Part shown: positions 30,155 to 40,849 of the stretch, piece by piece
Layout of the letters: each line of letters opens with the position of its first letter
Position numbering within the stretch: the first letter of the stretch is position 1
NCBI GenBank assembly: GCA_965205505.1
Contig: CBDBHB010000009.1
Location: 96,001-160,000 of the forward strand
Reading direction: 5' to 3'
Length of the DNA stretch: 64,000 bases
Origin: Acidobacteriota bacterium
GTDB taxonomy: Bacteria; Acidobacteriota; UBA890; WLXD01
Notes under the pieces: model-generated
Databases searched by the model: none
What the model was told of the DNA's origin: nothing
Seen by the model: only the letters and a program-made list of their open reading frames with translations
Position numbers and translations under genes: made by a program

Positions 30155-32356
30155 CTAGCCCTCGTAGTAGCGTCGCGGCATCCAGGCGAAGCCTCGACTG
30201 CCGGCGCCGATGGCGCTCTGGGTCGAGGTGACCTCGTTGCAGGCCTGCACGATATCGTCGGTGGAGAGGACGGTGAGCTGCTCGAGAACCGGCGATATCG
30301 GCACGCCCGGCAGGTTCTTCTGTCCGACGGCGCGCGAAGGCAGGCCGGGGAAGCGCTCCACGGCGTGCCCCTGGATGGAGCGCACAAACCCGGCGAACGG
30401 CCGGTCCTCGGCAGCCACCACCAAACGCCCGGTGCGGCCGATGCTCTCGTAGACGGTGTCGAGGTCGGGCGGCACCAAGGTACGTAGGTCGATGACCTCC
30501 GCCTCGTCGCCGTTCTCGGCCAGCGTGTCGGCGGCGTCGAGCGCCCTATAGACAGCGCGTCCCCACGCCACGATGGTCACGTCGCTGCCGGCACGCCGGA
30601 CAGCCGCTTTTGAGAAGGGTACGCGTAGCTTGGGATCGATGTGCGGGACTTCGCCTCGCATGATGTTGCGCTTCATCCGGGCGATCTCGTCCTCGTCCGT
30701 CGGCTCGCCGGGAAGGGCCGGTCCGAGCGCCCGACGGTACGCGAACTTGGGCTCGAGAACTACCACCGGTCCACCGTATCCGGCAGCCGTCATCAACAGA
30801 CCGTAGGCATCGAAGCTAGTCGACGGCATCACCAGGACAAGCCCCGGTATGGAGGAAAAGTAGCCTTCGCAGCTCATCGAATGGTAAATGGCGCCGCCGC
30901 CGAACGGATCCGTCGGCATGCGCAGGATCACGCTCGCCGACGCTTTTCCGTTCGAGGCCCAATGGAAGTTGCCCAGATGGATGAGCCAATGGAAAGCGTT
31001 GAACGAATAGTCGCCGAACTGGACCTCGGGCAGCGCCACGAGGTCGGAATGGAGACTCAACCCCATCGCGGTTCCGACGATCAGGGGCTCGTTCAGCGGC
31101 GCGTCGAGCACGCGGTCGGGATAGCGGTCCTTGAGGCCGGCGGTGGCTTGCATGACGCCGCCGAGACGCGCTACGTCCTGACCCCAGAGCACGCCGCCAT
31201 GGCGATCGATAATGCGATCGAGAGCACTCCGAACGGCGCCGGCATAGCTGATGTTCGTGTTACCGGACGCGGCGGGTTCGGTGACCTCCGGGAACGGTCG
31301 ATAGACGTGTTCGAACAATGAGTCGGGCAACGGGTCGGGTTCCGCACGAACGCTCTTCAGCAGCGCGCGGACATCCTCGATCTCGGCATCCATTAAGCGA
31401 CCGGGCTCATGATGCGCGAAGAAATCTCGCCCCGTGCCTTTCTTGCGCTGCAGGATGTCGGACTGCTCCAGGATGCCGCGCTCGACGAGCTGCTCGCCGA
31501 ACTCGATCAACGGGTCGTCCTGTGACAGATCGAAGGTGAGATCGGCGGCGGAACTGTGACCGTTGAAACGCGGCAGGTGCTTGACGTGCAACACCACAGC
31601 GCTCTGGTTGTCGCGCACGTGGCCGGCGACGTCGATCGTTGTGTTGTAGACGTCCCAGAAATCGCGCCCGTCGCACTGGAAGTGCTCGAGATCGAAAGCC
31701 TTGGCGTAGGCAGCGTAGTCCTTGATCCCCTGGCCCTCCTCGGGGAGGGTGCTGATCGCGATATCGTTGTCAGCCACCATGATGATCAGCGGCAGCCGCC
31801 ACACGCTGGCTGCGTTCATGGCCTCGTGTAAGTCGCTCTCTGCAGTGGTTCCGTCGCCGATGATCGCCATGGCAACGCCGTGTTCCTGGCCCTTGATCTT
31901 GTAGCCCATGGCGTAGCCCGCGGCCTTGCCGAGCTGCATACCCACTGGACTCTGGAGCGGAAGGATGCCCATGTCCGGGTAGTAGAGATGGTTGGGCATC
32001 TGCCGGGCGCGGCTCAGCTGGTCGGTGTCTCGGGCGAACTGTTGTCGCATGAGGTCGGTGAGAAAGGTCTTGTGACCCTGCAGCTCCATCCACATCGACA
32101 CCAGCGCGTAGGACCGGTAGTGCGGCACGAAGCCGAAGTTCTCGCGCCCCAGGGCGTGCGCCAGAGCCAGAGCGGTAGCGACGCCGTGGACCTCTTCGCC
32201 AGTACCCCAGATGGCGAACTGCACCTCGCCGCGGGTTACGAACCGGACGATGAACTCCTCCGCGGCGCGCGAGCGCACGGCAACACGATAGGCGTGCCGG
32301 AGCTCATCTGCAGTTGGCTCGACCTGGGCTCGAGCGTCAGTCTGGGCCTGCTCCAT
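30155..32356 (-). CDS. 2-oxoacid dehydrogenase E1, fused alpha and beta subunits
   Basis: TPP motif GDG..AE...N, RFNGHSS, GQDV..LGGV, EVQFGDY and EVIDLRTLVP.D. Confidence 0.9.
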   Translation of the reverse strand: MEQAQTDARAQVEPTADELRHAYRVAVRSRAAEEFIVRFVTRGEVQFAIWGTGEEVHGVATALALAHALGRENFGFVPHYRSYALVSMWMELQGHKTFLTDLMRQQFARDTDQLSRARQMPNHLYYPDMGILPLQSPVGMQLGKAAGYAMGYKIKGQEHGVAMAIIGDGTTAESDLHEAMNAASVWRLPLIIMVADNDIAISTLPEEGQGIKDYAAYAKAFDLEHFQCDGRDFWDVYNTTIDVAGHVRDNQSAVVLHVKHLPRFNGHSSAADLTFDLSQDDPLIEFGEQLVERGILEQSDILQRKKGTGRDFFAHHEPGRLMDAEIEDVRALLKSVRAEPDPLPDSLFEHVYRPFPEVTEPAASGNTNISYAGAVRSALDRIIDRHGGVLWGQDVARLGGVMQATAGLKDRYPDRVLDAPLNEPLIVGTAMGLSLHSDLVALPEVQFGDYSFNAFHWLIHLGNFHWASNGKASASVILRMPTDPFGGGAIYHSMSCEGYFSSIPGLVLVMPSTSFDAYGLLMTAAGYGGPVVVLEPKFAYRRALGPALPGEPTDEDEIARMKRNIMRGEVPHIDPKLRVPFSKAAVRRAGSDVTIVAWGRAVYRALDAADTLAENGDEAEVIDLRTLVPPDLDTVYESIGRTGRLVVAAEDRPFAGFVRSIQGHAVERFPGLPSRAVGQKNLPGVPISPVLEQLTVLSTDDIVQACNEVTSTQSAIGAGSRGFAWMPRRYYEG

Positions 32357-32594
32357 CCAGTTCTCCCTGCAACAGGGCAACGCCGACAGGTCGCGATCGC
32401 CTAGCCTGGACCACGACGCACAGCTCGCCCGATTGGTACGGCGTTTCGCGACAGCAGGATTCCTTCCGGGGCGGGGGCTGACTGAAACCGCCTCAGCAGA
32501 GGTCGTCTCAGCCTTTGTTCCCAGCGGAGGCTGTCGCGAGCAACCGTATTATACCAAGCGAGGCCTGCGGCTCATGAGTCAGCGCCAACGAACG

Positions 32595-32631
32595 AAAAAC
32601 CGGCCCGCGCCAGGGAGGTGGCGCGGGCCGG
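32595..32631 (-). terminator. intrinsic terminator downstream of the GWxTD gene
   Basis: 13-bp stem CCGGCCCGCGCCA / TGGCGCGGGCCGG with a 6-nt loop and a U-tract on the minus strand. Confidence 0.8.
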
Positions 32632-32666
32632 GGGTGGGTCTGCCTGTTGGAGAGACGCAGTCGCCG

Positions 32667-33311
32667 CTAACGACGGCTGCCTCCTTGGGCGTACTGAAGC
32701 GCATCCAGGATGTAGAACGGGACGAATCCGGGTCCACCGAAGCCACCGTAGATTCGGTAGCTACTGCGCGCCGGGTTTCTGACAAACGCGATGGCAACCC
32801 GCCCCGAGACGGCACCGAAGGGTCGCTTCGAGCCCTCCTTGCCCGTAGTGAAGTAGGTCCATACGGCAGCGTCGGTGTATCCGAATACGGGCCGGACATA
32901 GTCGGGACGGCCGAGCACGATGTGGATGAAGCCACGATCCGACTTCCAGCCTCGCGGGAAATCGTGATAGCGGTCGTTTGCCATCGCCACACGCTCGTAG
33001 AACAGTCGCTTGAACTCGTTGCCGTCGACCTCCGGATTCTCATCGCGGAGATCCCAGAACTCGGCGATGAAGTCAGCGCGCTCCGGGGTAGTGGAGAGGC
33101 CCTTGAAGACCTTCCGCTCCTCGTCGAGGATGATGTAGTCGACTGGACCCTCCAACCAGGTGTCGGGATCGGCCTCGAAATACGCCATTGCCGCGTCACC
33201 CGTCTCCGGGAGCTCGTCGAGCGATAATGCGGCTGTCGCTGCTACTGGCAGCAAGGCCACGGCACTGGCAACGGCGAAAAAGCTCGTGAGTTGGCGGTTT
33301 CGAGCTCGCAT
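32667..33311 (-). CDS. GWxTD domain-containing protein
   Basis: Signal peptide, WL..PV.YII..EE, FI..FW..RD..P, R...AN and RGWKSDRG.I.I.LG.PD. Confidence 0.88.
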   Translation of the reverse strand: MRARNRQLTSFFAVASAVALLPVAATAALSLDELPETGDAAMAYFEADPDTWLEGPVDYIILDEERKVFKGLSTTPERADFIAEFWDLRDENPEVDGNEFKRLFYERVAMANDRYHDFPRGWKSDRGFIHIVLGRPDYVRPVFGYTDAAVWTYFTTGKEGSKRPFGAVSGRVAIAFVRNPARSSYRIYGGFGGPGFVPFYILDALQYAQGGSRR

Positions 33312-33731
33312 GTTCTTCCTCCTTCGTGATGCCGCGCTGGACAACGCGGTCTCGTTGTCGCGATCCTGGCGACTAGCGATCGGTGCCGGGCGCCTAAGGC
33401 GCCGACCGCCGGGAGCGTCCTGGGTCGTACCGACCTGGTTTGCAGGGTCCGTGCCAGAGCTCGCTCAGTGGCCGGCGCGGCCGTGAGTCAACCAAGGTCA
33501 AAGCCGAGGAATGCCTGGGAATAGGCGCTTCCTGGCGTGGTTGTGCGGTGATAGGAGCGGCCAAACATAACTGCCGCAGGTCGTCCGCAAACCGACGGTG
33601 ACCCCATAAGGTCACTCGATGATGACGACATGCCGACATATTGGCGGCCAAGGTCGGCCTTTTAGGTGCTGCTCGAGCACGCCTCGCCGATCTCGACCAC
33701 CGGCGGGCACGACCCTGCTAGTGTCCTGAGT

Positions 33732-33749
33732 CAGGCCACTAGTGGCCTG
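33732..33749. promoter_or_regulatory. perfect 18-bp palindrome, candidate operator
   Basis: CAGGCCACTAGTGGCCTG, with outer CCTG/CAGG arms, in the divergent region just before addB. Confidence 0.4.
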
Positions 33750-33786
33750 TAACAGGGACCCCATACTTCGCTCCGGGAAACCGCCA

Positions 33787-36700
33787 TTGGGCAACGCCTC
33801 CGTCGTCTACGCCGACAGCGCCGCGCGTCGTCTTGAACACGCGCGAGGCTGGCTCCGCCGCGCCGCGGCGTCTGGGCCGGTCCTCGTCGTGTCGGCTACG
33901 CGCGGTGCGGCGGATGATTTCGTTCGATCGCTCCTGGGGCCCGGCGAGGGCCTGTTCGGTGTTCACCGTACGACCCCTGCTCGCCTGGCCGCTGACCTCG
34001 CGGTGGTGGCGCTAGCGCGACGCGACCTCGCACCGGTAACCGGGCTCGGCATGGAAGCGCTGGCGGCGCGCGCATCGGAACGCTGCAGCCAGGAGGGACT
34101 GCAGTACTTCGGACCGGTGGCCGACTACCCGGGCTTCCCGCGGGCGCTGCGGCGCACTATGACCGAGCTCCGTCTGGCCGGCGTAGCGACCGAGCAACTC
34201 GTCGAGCTGGGTGCCGCCGGCACGGACCTGCAGCGGCTGGCCGACGCGTACGCCGGTGAGATCGACCGCTGGGGGCTCGCTGACCCCTCCATGCTTTGGC
34301 GTCTAGCCGCCGAGGCCGTCGAGGCGGGTCAGCATCTCTTAGTAGGCGTCCCGCTGCTGCTCCTCGATCTGGCGCCGGCCAGCGCGCTGGAACAGGAGGC
34401 GTGGCGGCGTCTGGTCGTCCGTGCGCCAGCAGCGCTGGCGACGGTGATCGGTAGCGATCGGCAGGCTCTCGAGGGGCTCTCCTCGGCGTTCGGTGCCAGC
34501 CCAACGGAGCTCGACGAGACAGCCGGTCCGGATGCAACACAGCTGGCACGACTTCGGCGCGGGGTGTTCGGCGAGGCAGAACCACGCGATGCAGCCGCCG
34601 ACGACACGCTCGAGATCGTTGCGGCACCGGGGGAGGGCCGCGAGGCGGTCGAGGTAGTGCGACGCATCCACGCCTTGGCGCGCGAAGGCGTGCCTTTCGA
34701 CCGCGTCGCGATCTTGCTGCGTGACCCGGATGCCTACCTTGGGCTTGTCGAGGAGGCGCTGCGGCGCGGCCGAGTTCCGGCCTGGTACACGCGTGGCACG
34801 GTACGGCCCGACGCCACCGGCCGCGCCTTCCTGGCGCTGTTAGCCTGCGCCGCCGATGATCTCTCGGCGTCGCGCTTCGCGGAGTATCTGTCTCTGGGCC
34901 AATCGCCACACGCCAAGGTTGCAGAGGGGCGTACGGTCGAGGTGCCGTGGGTCGAGCCCGCAGGCGCTCAGTTGGTTTTCAAGACCTTCGTCCCGGACGC
35001 CGCCGCTGCCGAGATCGAGGAAGAGGAGCTCGACGGACCGGTGGTCGCGGGGACCTTGCGGACGCCACGGCGATGGGAACAGCTTCTCGTGGACGCCGCG
35101 GTCGTGGGTGGACGCGACCGGTGGCAGCGTCGACTCGCCGGGGTACGCGCCGAGCTTGAGGAACGACGTCGCGCATTGGACGATCTCGACGAGACGCACA
35201 GCGAGCACTTGGGAAAGCAAATCGATACGCTCGCCAATCTCGAGCGGTTCGCGCTACCGATCATCGACATGCTGGCCGCACTGCCCCGAAGGGCGCCGTG
35301 GGGCGACTGGCTGGGGTCGCTGCGTCAGCTCGCCGTGGCAACGCTGAGACGGCCGGAGCGGGTGCTCGCCGTTCTCGGTGGTCTCGAACCGATGGAAAGC
35401 GTCGGGCCGGTCGATCTGACGGAGGTACGCCGGGTCCTCGACGAACGCCTCGCTTTTCTGCGCTATGAACCCATTGGGCGCCGGTACGGCAAGGTCTTCG
35501 TCGCGACGATCGACGAAGCGCGCGGCCGCAGCTTCGATGTGGTGTTTCTTCCTGGTTTGGCTGAGGGAATCTTTCCGCGGCGAGCCAGCGAGGACCCGCT
35601 GCTCTTGGACGAGCTGCGACGACTCGTCGATGCACCGCTGATGACTCAGGACGAACGCTTCGAGAACGAGCGGATGTTGCTGCGCATCGCCGTCGGGGCA
35701 GCGTCGCGCCGCTTGGTCGTGTCGTACCCGACGCAAGACACCTTGCAGGGCCGCGCGCGAGTGCCTTCCTTCTACGCGCTCGACATCGTTCGTGCAGCCG
35801 AAGGCCAACTTCCCGACACGCGCGCGCTCGAGGCCCGCGGTGCGGCCGGGTCGGCATCGCTGCTTGGCTGGCCGGCGCCGCGCGACAAGCGCGCTGCCAT
35901 TGACGCCGCCGAGTTTGACGTTTCGTATCTAGAGCCCATCCTGACGCGGACAGAAGGCGACGTAACCGGCCGGGCTCGATTCCTTCTGGACACTAACGAG
36001 CACCTGGCGCGCTCGCTACGCGCTCGTGCCCGCAGGTGGCGACCGGGGTTCTTCGCCGCCGACGGTCTGGTGCAGCCCAGTGACGCGGCGCGCGTCGTCC
36101 TCGACCGACATCGTCTGCGCGCGCGCAGCTACTCGCCCACCGCACTGCAGCGCTATGCAGTCTGCCCATACCAGTTCTTTCTCTATGCCATACAGCGCTT
36201 GCGGCCACGTGAGGAGCCCGTGGCATTGGAGCAGATGGATCCGCTGACGCGTGGAAGCTTGTTTCACCAAGTGCAGTACGTGCTTTTTCAGCGCCTGCGT
36301 GACGGTGACAACCTGCCGATCACGGCTGCCAATCGCGCCGCCGCGACTGCCGCGGCTGACGCGGCTCTCGACGAGCTGGCGGCGAGTTACGCGGAGCGGC
36401 TCGCGCCGGCCATTCCGCGCGTATGGGACGACGAGGTCGAGGGCGTGCGCACGGATCTGCGCGGTTGGATTCGCGAGGTCGCCGAGGCCAACGACGTCTG
36501 GGAGCCGACTTTCTTCGAGTTCTCCTTCGGCCTCGGGCACGAAGCCGGCCGCGATCCGCTCAGCCATCACGATGAGGCGCTGACCGCCGATGGCTATCGC
36601 CTCCGTGGCGCCATCGATCTCGTCGAGCGCGATCCGGCCCGGGATGCCTGGCGCGTCACCGATCACAAGACGGGTCGAGCGCTGCGCGCACGCTACGTGA

Positions 36701-37044
36701 CGATCGGTGGTGGCGAGGTGTTGCAGCCGCTGCTCTATGCCCTTGCGGCGGAGCATCACCTCGAGGGCGACGTCGTGGCCGGTCGCCTGTTCTACTGCAC
36801 ACGGCGCGGAGAGTTCCAGGACCGCGAGGTGGCGCTCAACGCCGATAGCCGCATGAAAGTGTCTCAGGCGCTGGGGATTATCGACGCCGCCATTGCCGAC
36901 GGCTTCCTGCCCGCAGCGCCGCGCGAACGTGCTTGTGACTGGTGCGACTTCCGCGTCGTGTGCGGGCCCTACGAGGAGCTCCGGGTTCGGCGCAAGGACC
37001 CGGCACCGCTCGCCAGCCTGCGACTCCTGCGAGGTGCGCGATGA
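33787..37044 (+). CDS. addB: AddB-like nuclease subunit (PD-(D/E)xK, Fe-S)
   Basis: YSPTALQRYAVCPY, LRGAIDLVE, DHKTG, LQP.LY and C-terminal CDWCDF..VC. Start uncertain (TTG 33787 or GTG 33742). Confidence 0.85.
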   Translation: MGNASVVYADSAARRLEHARGWLRRAAASGPVLVVSATRGAADDFVRSLLGPGEGLFGVHRTTPARLAADLAVVALARRDLAPVTGLGMEALAARASERCSQEGLQYFGPVADYPGFPRALRRTMTELRLAGVATEQLVELGAAGTDLQRLADAYAGEIDRWGLADPSMLWRLAAEAVEAGQHLLVGVPLLLLDLAPASALEQEAWRRLVVRAPAALATVIGSDRQALEGLSSAFGASPTELDETAGPDATQLARLRRGVFGEAEPRDAAADDTLEIVAAPGEGREAVEVVRRIHALAREGVPFDRVAILLRDPDAYLGLVEEALRRGRVPAWYTRGTVRPDATGRAFLALLACAADDLSASRFAEYLSLGQSPHAKVAEGRTVEVPWVEPAGAQLVFKTFVPDAAAAEIEEEELDGPVVAGTLRTPRRWEQLLVDAAVVGGRDRWQRRLAGVRAELEERRRALDDLDETHSEHLGKQIDTLANLERFALPIIDMLAALPRRAPWGDWLGSLRQLAVATLRRPERVLAVLGGLEPMESVGPVDLTEVRRVLDERLAFLRYEPIGRRYGKVFVATIDEARGRSFDVVFLPGLAEGIFPRRASEDPLLLDELRRLVDAPLMTQDERFENERMLLRIAVGAASRRLVVSYPTQDTLQGRARVPSFYALDIVRAAEGQLPDTRALEARGAAGSASLLGWPAPRDKRAAIDAAEFDVSYLEPILTRTEGDVTGRARFLLDTNEHLARSLRARARRWRPGFFAADGLVQPSDAARVVLDRHRLRARSYSPTALQRYAVCPYQFFLYAIQRLRPREEPVALEQMDPLTRGSLFHQVQYVLFQRLRDGDNLPITAANRAAATAAADAALDELAASYAERLAPAIPRVWDDEVEGVRTDLRGWIREVAEANDVWEPTFFEFSFGLGHEAGRDPLSHHDEALTADGYRLRGAIDLVERDPARDAWRVTDHKTGRALRARYVTIGGGEVLQPLLYALAAEHHLEGDVVAGRLFYCTRRGEFQDREVALNADSRMKVSQALGIIDAAIADGFLPAAPRERACDWCDFRVVCGPYEELRVRRKDPAPLASLRLLRGAR

Positions 37045-40000
37045 GCGCGATCGACGACGACAGGGCTGCCCGCAAGCGCATCAGCGAGGACCTAACGCGT
37101 AGCTTCCTGGTCGAAGCGGCGGCCGGTACCGGCAAGACGACGATTCTGGTGGCGCGCCTGGTAAACGCCCTGGCGGCGGGGGCACCGATCGAGGCGGTCG
37201 TTGCGGTCACCTTCACGCGCAAGGCGGCCGGCGAGCTCAAGCTACGACTGCGCCAGGAGCTGGACCGGGCCCGAGCGAGCGAGGCTGACCCCGCCCGTGG
37301 CGATTGTCTCGCTGACGCGATTGCTCGTTTGGAGGAGGCCAGCATCGGCACGATTCATTCGTTTTGCGCCGAGATTCTGCGCCAGCGACCGGTGGAGGCG
37401 AAGATCGACCCGGCTTTCGGGGAGATCGACAATGAGCAAGCCGCCACCATTTACGGCCGAGCGTTCCGTACGTGGATCGAACGCCGGCTGGGGGAGATGC
37501 CCGAGGGCCTGCGGCGTGCGTTCAGTCGCTTGGCGGTGCGCCCCTCTTTCGATGGATCCACACCCATGGAGCGGCTGCGCGAGGCCGGCCAGCAGTTGCT
37601 TGAATGGCGTGACTACCCGGCGAGCTGGGAGCGGCGACCCTACGATCGTCAGGCGATGATCGACATCGAGATCGAGCGCGTCGCCGCAGTAGCGACCTTG
37701 TATCAAGAGTGCCGGACGACCAACGACCCGCTTCGTAAGGCGATCGCTCCGGCCGAGCAACTCGATACCTGGATCCGTCGCTCGGAAGACGTCGAGCCGC
37801 GCCGCGACTACGATGCGCTCGAGGCCCGCTTGCTGGACACGCTGCGCGAGCTGCGGCGCAACCGGCGGCAGAAAGGCAGAGGCGCCTGGCCAGCCGAAGG
37901 CATCTCGCGGGCCGACGTAGCGAGGCAGCGCGACACGCTGATCGCGAGCCTCGAAGAGTTCGAACGATACGCCGACGCCGACCTCGCGGCCCTATTGCGC
38001 GGCGAGCTGGGCGAAGTCGTCGAAGCGTATGGTCGCCTCAAACGCGACGCCGGACAGCTCGACTTTCTCGACCTGTTGATCCGTACCCGCGATCTGATTC
38101 GCGACAACGCTGAGGTGCGCTGCTACCTGCAGGGTCGGTTCCGACACATCTTCGTCGATGAGTTTCAGGACACGGATCCGTTGCAGGTCGAGATTCTCCT
38201 CCTGCTCGCCGCTGGCGATCCGCAAATAGCAGACTGGAGGTGTGCAACCCCGGCACCCGGAAAGCTCTTCCTGGTAGGCGACCCGAAGCAGTCGATCTAC
38301 CGATTTCGCCGCGCCGACGTGGTGCTTTACGAGAAGATCAAGGAAACGTTGCAGCGACAGGGGGTCGCATTCGAAAAGCTGACCCGCAGCTGGCGATCGG
38401 TGCGGCCGCTGCAGGAGAGCGTCAACTGCGCCTTCGGCAGGCTGATGACCGGAGATCGCGAGTCGGGTCAGCCCGACTACGTACCGCTGGCCAACCATCG
38501 CCCCGCCATCGACAACCAGCCTGCCGTGGTGGCGTTGCCTGTTCCCGAGCCCTACGGTCGCTATCGCATCACCAAGTGGGAGGTGGATCGCGGTCTTCCT
38601 GAAGTGATCGGAGCGTGGATCTCCTGGCTGCTCACCGACAGCGATTGGAAGGTCGACGACCCGGATCATCCGGGTGAGTTGATCGCCATCCGGTCGCGTC
38701 ATATCGCAATCTTGTTCCGCCGCTTTCTCTCCTGGCGGCGCGACGTTACCAGGCCCTACCTGGCGGCGCTGGAGGCGCGCGGCATCCCTCACCTGCTCTC
38801 CGGCGGTCGCTCGTTCCACCAGCGCGAGGAAGTGGAAACGCTGCGTGCCGCGCTGAGCGCAGTGGAGTGGCCTGACGACGAGCTGTCGGTCTTCGCCACT
38901 CTCAAGGGCGGCCTGTTCGCGATTCCCGACGCAGCGTTACTGCGGTTTCGCCAGGAGATCGGCGGGCTGTATCCGTTCCGGCGAAACGATCGCGACTTCG
39001 ACGCCGAGCTCGCGCCGATCGGCGTTGCACTGTCGCTGCTAGCCGAGCTGCACCGCGGGCGCAATCGAGTACCAATTGCGCAGACGATTCTCGAGTTGCT
39101 GGAGGCGACGCGCGCGCATGCCGGATTTGCCATGCGCCCGGCGGGCAACCAGGTGCTGGCAAACGTTCAGCGCGTCTGCGATCTGGCGCGGGCATTCGAG
39201 CTCCGCGGCGGTATCTCGTTCCGTGGATTTGTTCGTCGGCTCAACGACGAGGCCGAGCGAGCTGGCTCGACCGAGTCACCGGTGCTCGAGGAAGGCGCCG
39301 AGGGTGTACGCGTGATGACGGTGCACGGCGCCAAGGGTCTGGAGTTTCCGGTGGTCATCCTCGCGGACATCACCGCTAACTTGACACACGCGACGCCCTC
39401 GACCCACATCGACCCCGAGCGCCAGCTGAGTGCGACACGACTCTTGGGTTGCTCGCCGTGGGAGCTGACGGAGAACGCCGACCGCGAGCGGGCTCGCGAC
39501 GCTGCCGAGGCGGTTCGAGTCGCCTACGTAGCAGCGACCCGCGCGCGCGACCTTCTCGTGGTCCCGACAATCGGCGACCACGCCTGGGAGGATGGCTGGA
39601 CCTCGCCGCTCAACCCGGTTATTTACCCGCCGCGCGAACGCTACCGACGTAGCGAACTCGCGCCGGGGTGCCCGGCGTTCGGGGAGCGCACCGTCCTCGC
39701 CCGGCCGCACGCTGTGCCGGGAGAGGCGGAGATCTCGGTGCGCCCTGGCCTGCATGTGTCCGATTGCGACACCCCGGTAGTTTGGTGGGACCCGGCATTG
39801 CTCGCTGTGGACGTGCCCAGGACCTTTGGTTTGCATCAGGAGCTCTTGCTTGCCGACGATGCGGCTGCCGGTGGCGCGGCAGCTGCAGCCGGTGCGGCCC
39901 AGCATGATGAGTGGCGGCAGCGCCTCGACGATTCGATTCACCGCGGGTCGCAGCCGGAGCGCACGGTGGTGCTTGTCTCGGAGGTCGATACTCCGCCGGA

Positions 40001-40481
40001 TGTCGAGGCGGAGGTTGTGGTCGGGCATGTCGAGCGTGTGGCCGACCGCCCCGGCGGCCGCCGTTTCGGCACTCTGGTACACACGGTGCTACGGGACGTC
40101 CCATACGACGCCGACGAGCCCACGGTCGCCGGCTTCGTTCGCGTCCATGGCCGTACCCTCGGGGCCGTGCCCTCAGAGATGGAAGCAGCCGCCGAAGCGG
40201 TCTGCAGGGCTCTCCAGCACCCGCTGTTGAGTGCCGCCACGAGGTCGCCTCGCTGCTACCGTGAGGTACCGTTCACCATGTGTCCGGAGGCGGGGCAGAT
40301 CGTCGAGGGGGTGATCGATCTGATCTTCGGCGACGGCCACAGTTGGACCATCGTGGATTTCAAGACCGACGCGCGAACCAGCGACCTTCTGGAACGCTAT
40401 CGTGCACAGGCGCTTTGGTACGTGCATGCCGCTCGGTCGCTGTTGGACGGCGACGCCCGGGCGGTGCTGCTTAGCGTGTAG
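37041..40481 (+). CDS. addA: AddA-like UvrD helicase/nuclease
   Basis: EAAAGTGKT, VDEFQDTD, VGDPKQSIYRFR, MTVHGAKGLEF, YVAATRA and G.IDL...VDFKTD. Confidence 0.88.
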   Translation: MSAIDDDRAARKRISEDLTRSFLVEAAAGTGKTTILVARLVNALAAGAPIEAVVAVTFTRKAAGELKLRLRQELDRARASEADPARGDCLADAIARLEEASIGTIHSFCAEILRQRPVEAKIDPAFGEIDNEQAATIYGRAFRTWIERRLGEMPEGLRRAFSRLAVRPSFDGSTPMERLREAGQQLLEWRDYPASWERRPYDRQAMIDIEIERVAAVATLYQECRTTNDPLRKAIAPAEQLDTWIRRSEDVEPRRDYDALEARLLDTLRELRRNRRQKGRGAWPAEGISRADVARQRDTLIASLEEFERYADADLAALLRGELGEVVEAYGRLKRDAGQLDFLDLLIRTRDLIRDNAEVRCYLQGRFRHIFVDEFQDTDPLQVEILLLLAAGDPQIADWRCATPAPGKLFLVGDPKQSIYRFRRADVVLYEKIKETLQRQGVAFEKLTRSWRSVRPLQESVNCAFGRLMTGDRESGQPDYVPLANHRPAIDNQPAVVALPVPEPYGRYRITKWEVDRGLPEVIGAWISWLLTDSDWKVDDPDHPGELIAIRSRHIAILFRRFLSWRRDVTRPYLAALEARGIPHLLSGGRSFHQREEVETLRAALSAVEWPDDELSVFATLKGGLFAIPDAALLRFRQEIGGLYPFRRNDRDFDAELAPIGVALSLLAELHRGRNRVPIAQTILELLEATRAHAGFAMRPAGNQVLANVQRVCDLARAFELRGGISFRGFVRRLNDEAERAGSTESPVLEEGAEGVRVMTVHGAKGLEFPVVILADITANLTHATPSTHIDPERQLSATRLLGCSPWELTENADRERARDAAEAVRVAYVAATRARDLLVVPTIGDHAWEDGWTSPLNPVIYPPRERYRRSELAPGCPAFGERTVLARPHAVPGEAEISVRPGLHVSDCDTPVVWWDPALLAVDVPRTFGLHQELLLADDAAAGGAAAAAGAAQHDEWRQRLDDSIHRGSQPERTVVLVSEVDTPPDVEAEVVVGHVERVADRPGGRRFGTLVHTVLRDVPYDADEPTVAGFVRVHGRTLGAVPSEMEAAAEAVCRALQHPLLSAATRSPRCYREVPFTMCPEAGQIVEGVIDLIFGDGHSWTIVDFKTDARTSDLLERYRAQALWYVHAARSLLDGDARAVLLSV

Positions 40482-40849
40482 CACAGGTCGGCCCAGCACC
40501 GCGGCGGTGGCAGAGACGACACCGACAACGTGTGAAGATGCCGCGTCGGATGCGGTATGAGGACATCGATCCGCACGCCGCCCGCTCCGGCCGAGGCGGC
40601 CTGTTCGCTCGCTCGATGCTGATCGCGTTCGTGGAGCGGCGCTGGCATCGCCTGGTGGGCCGCTTCGTTGTGCCCCGAGCCGGAGCAAACGCGCGCCAAC
40701 GTGGTGCGCGACTATCGAGATTTTCCGTCGCCGAAACGACGAAGCACTCTTCACTCCCGGTAGTAGCTATCATTTCAGCCCCCGCGGGCATGCCGTGCTG
40801 GCCGATTGGCTATACCAGCGTCTCACGGGCAAGTAACTCGAAGTGCCGG

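Noticed and set aside
32440-32540. TPP riboswitch upstream of the TPP-dependent E1 gene (GCTGAGA on the minus strand)
   Set aside because: The downstream ACCTGA...GCG(T/A)AGG core is not visible; only a generic hairpin is present.
32433-33227. 264-aa plus-strand ORF and the many similar long antisense ORFs across the window
   Set aside because: These are shadow frames of real genes, expected in high-GC DNA, with no recognisable motifs.
40482-40849. short ORFs between addA and rfbA
   Set aside because: No motif, RBS or consistent frame supports them.
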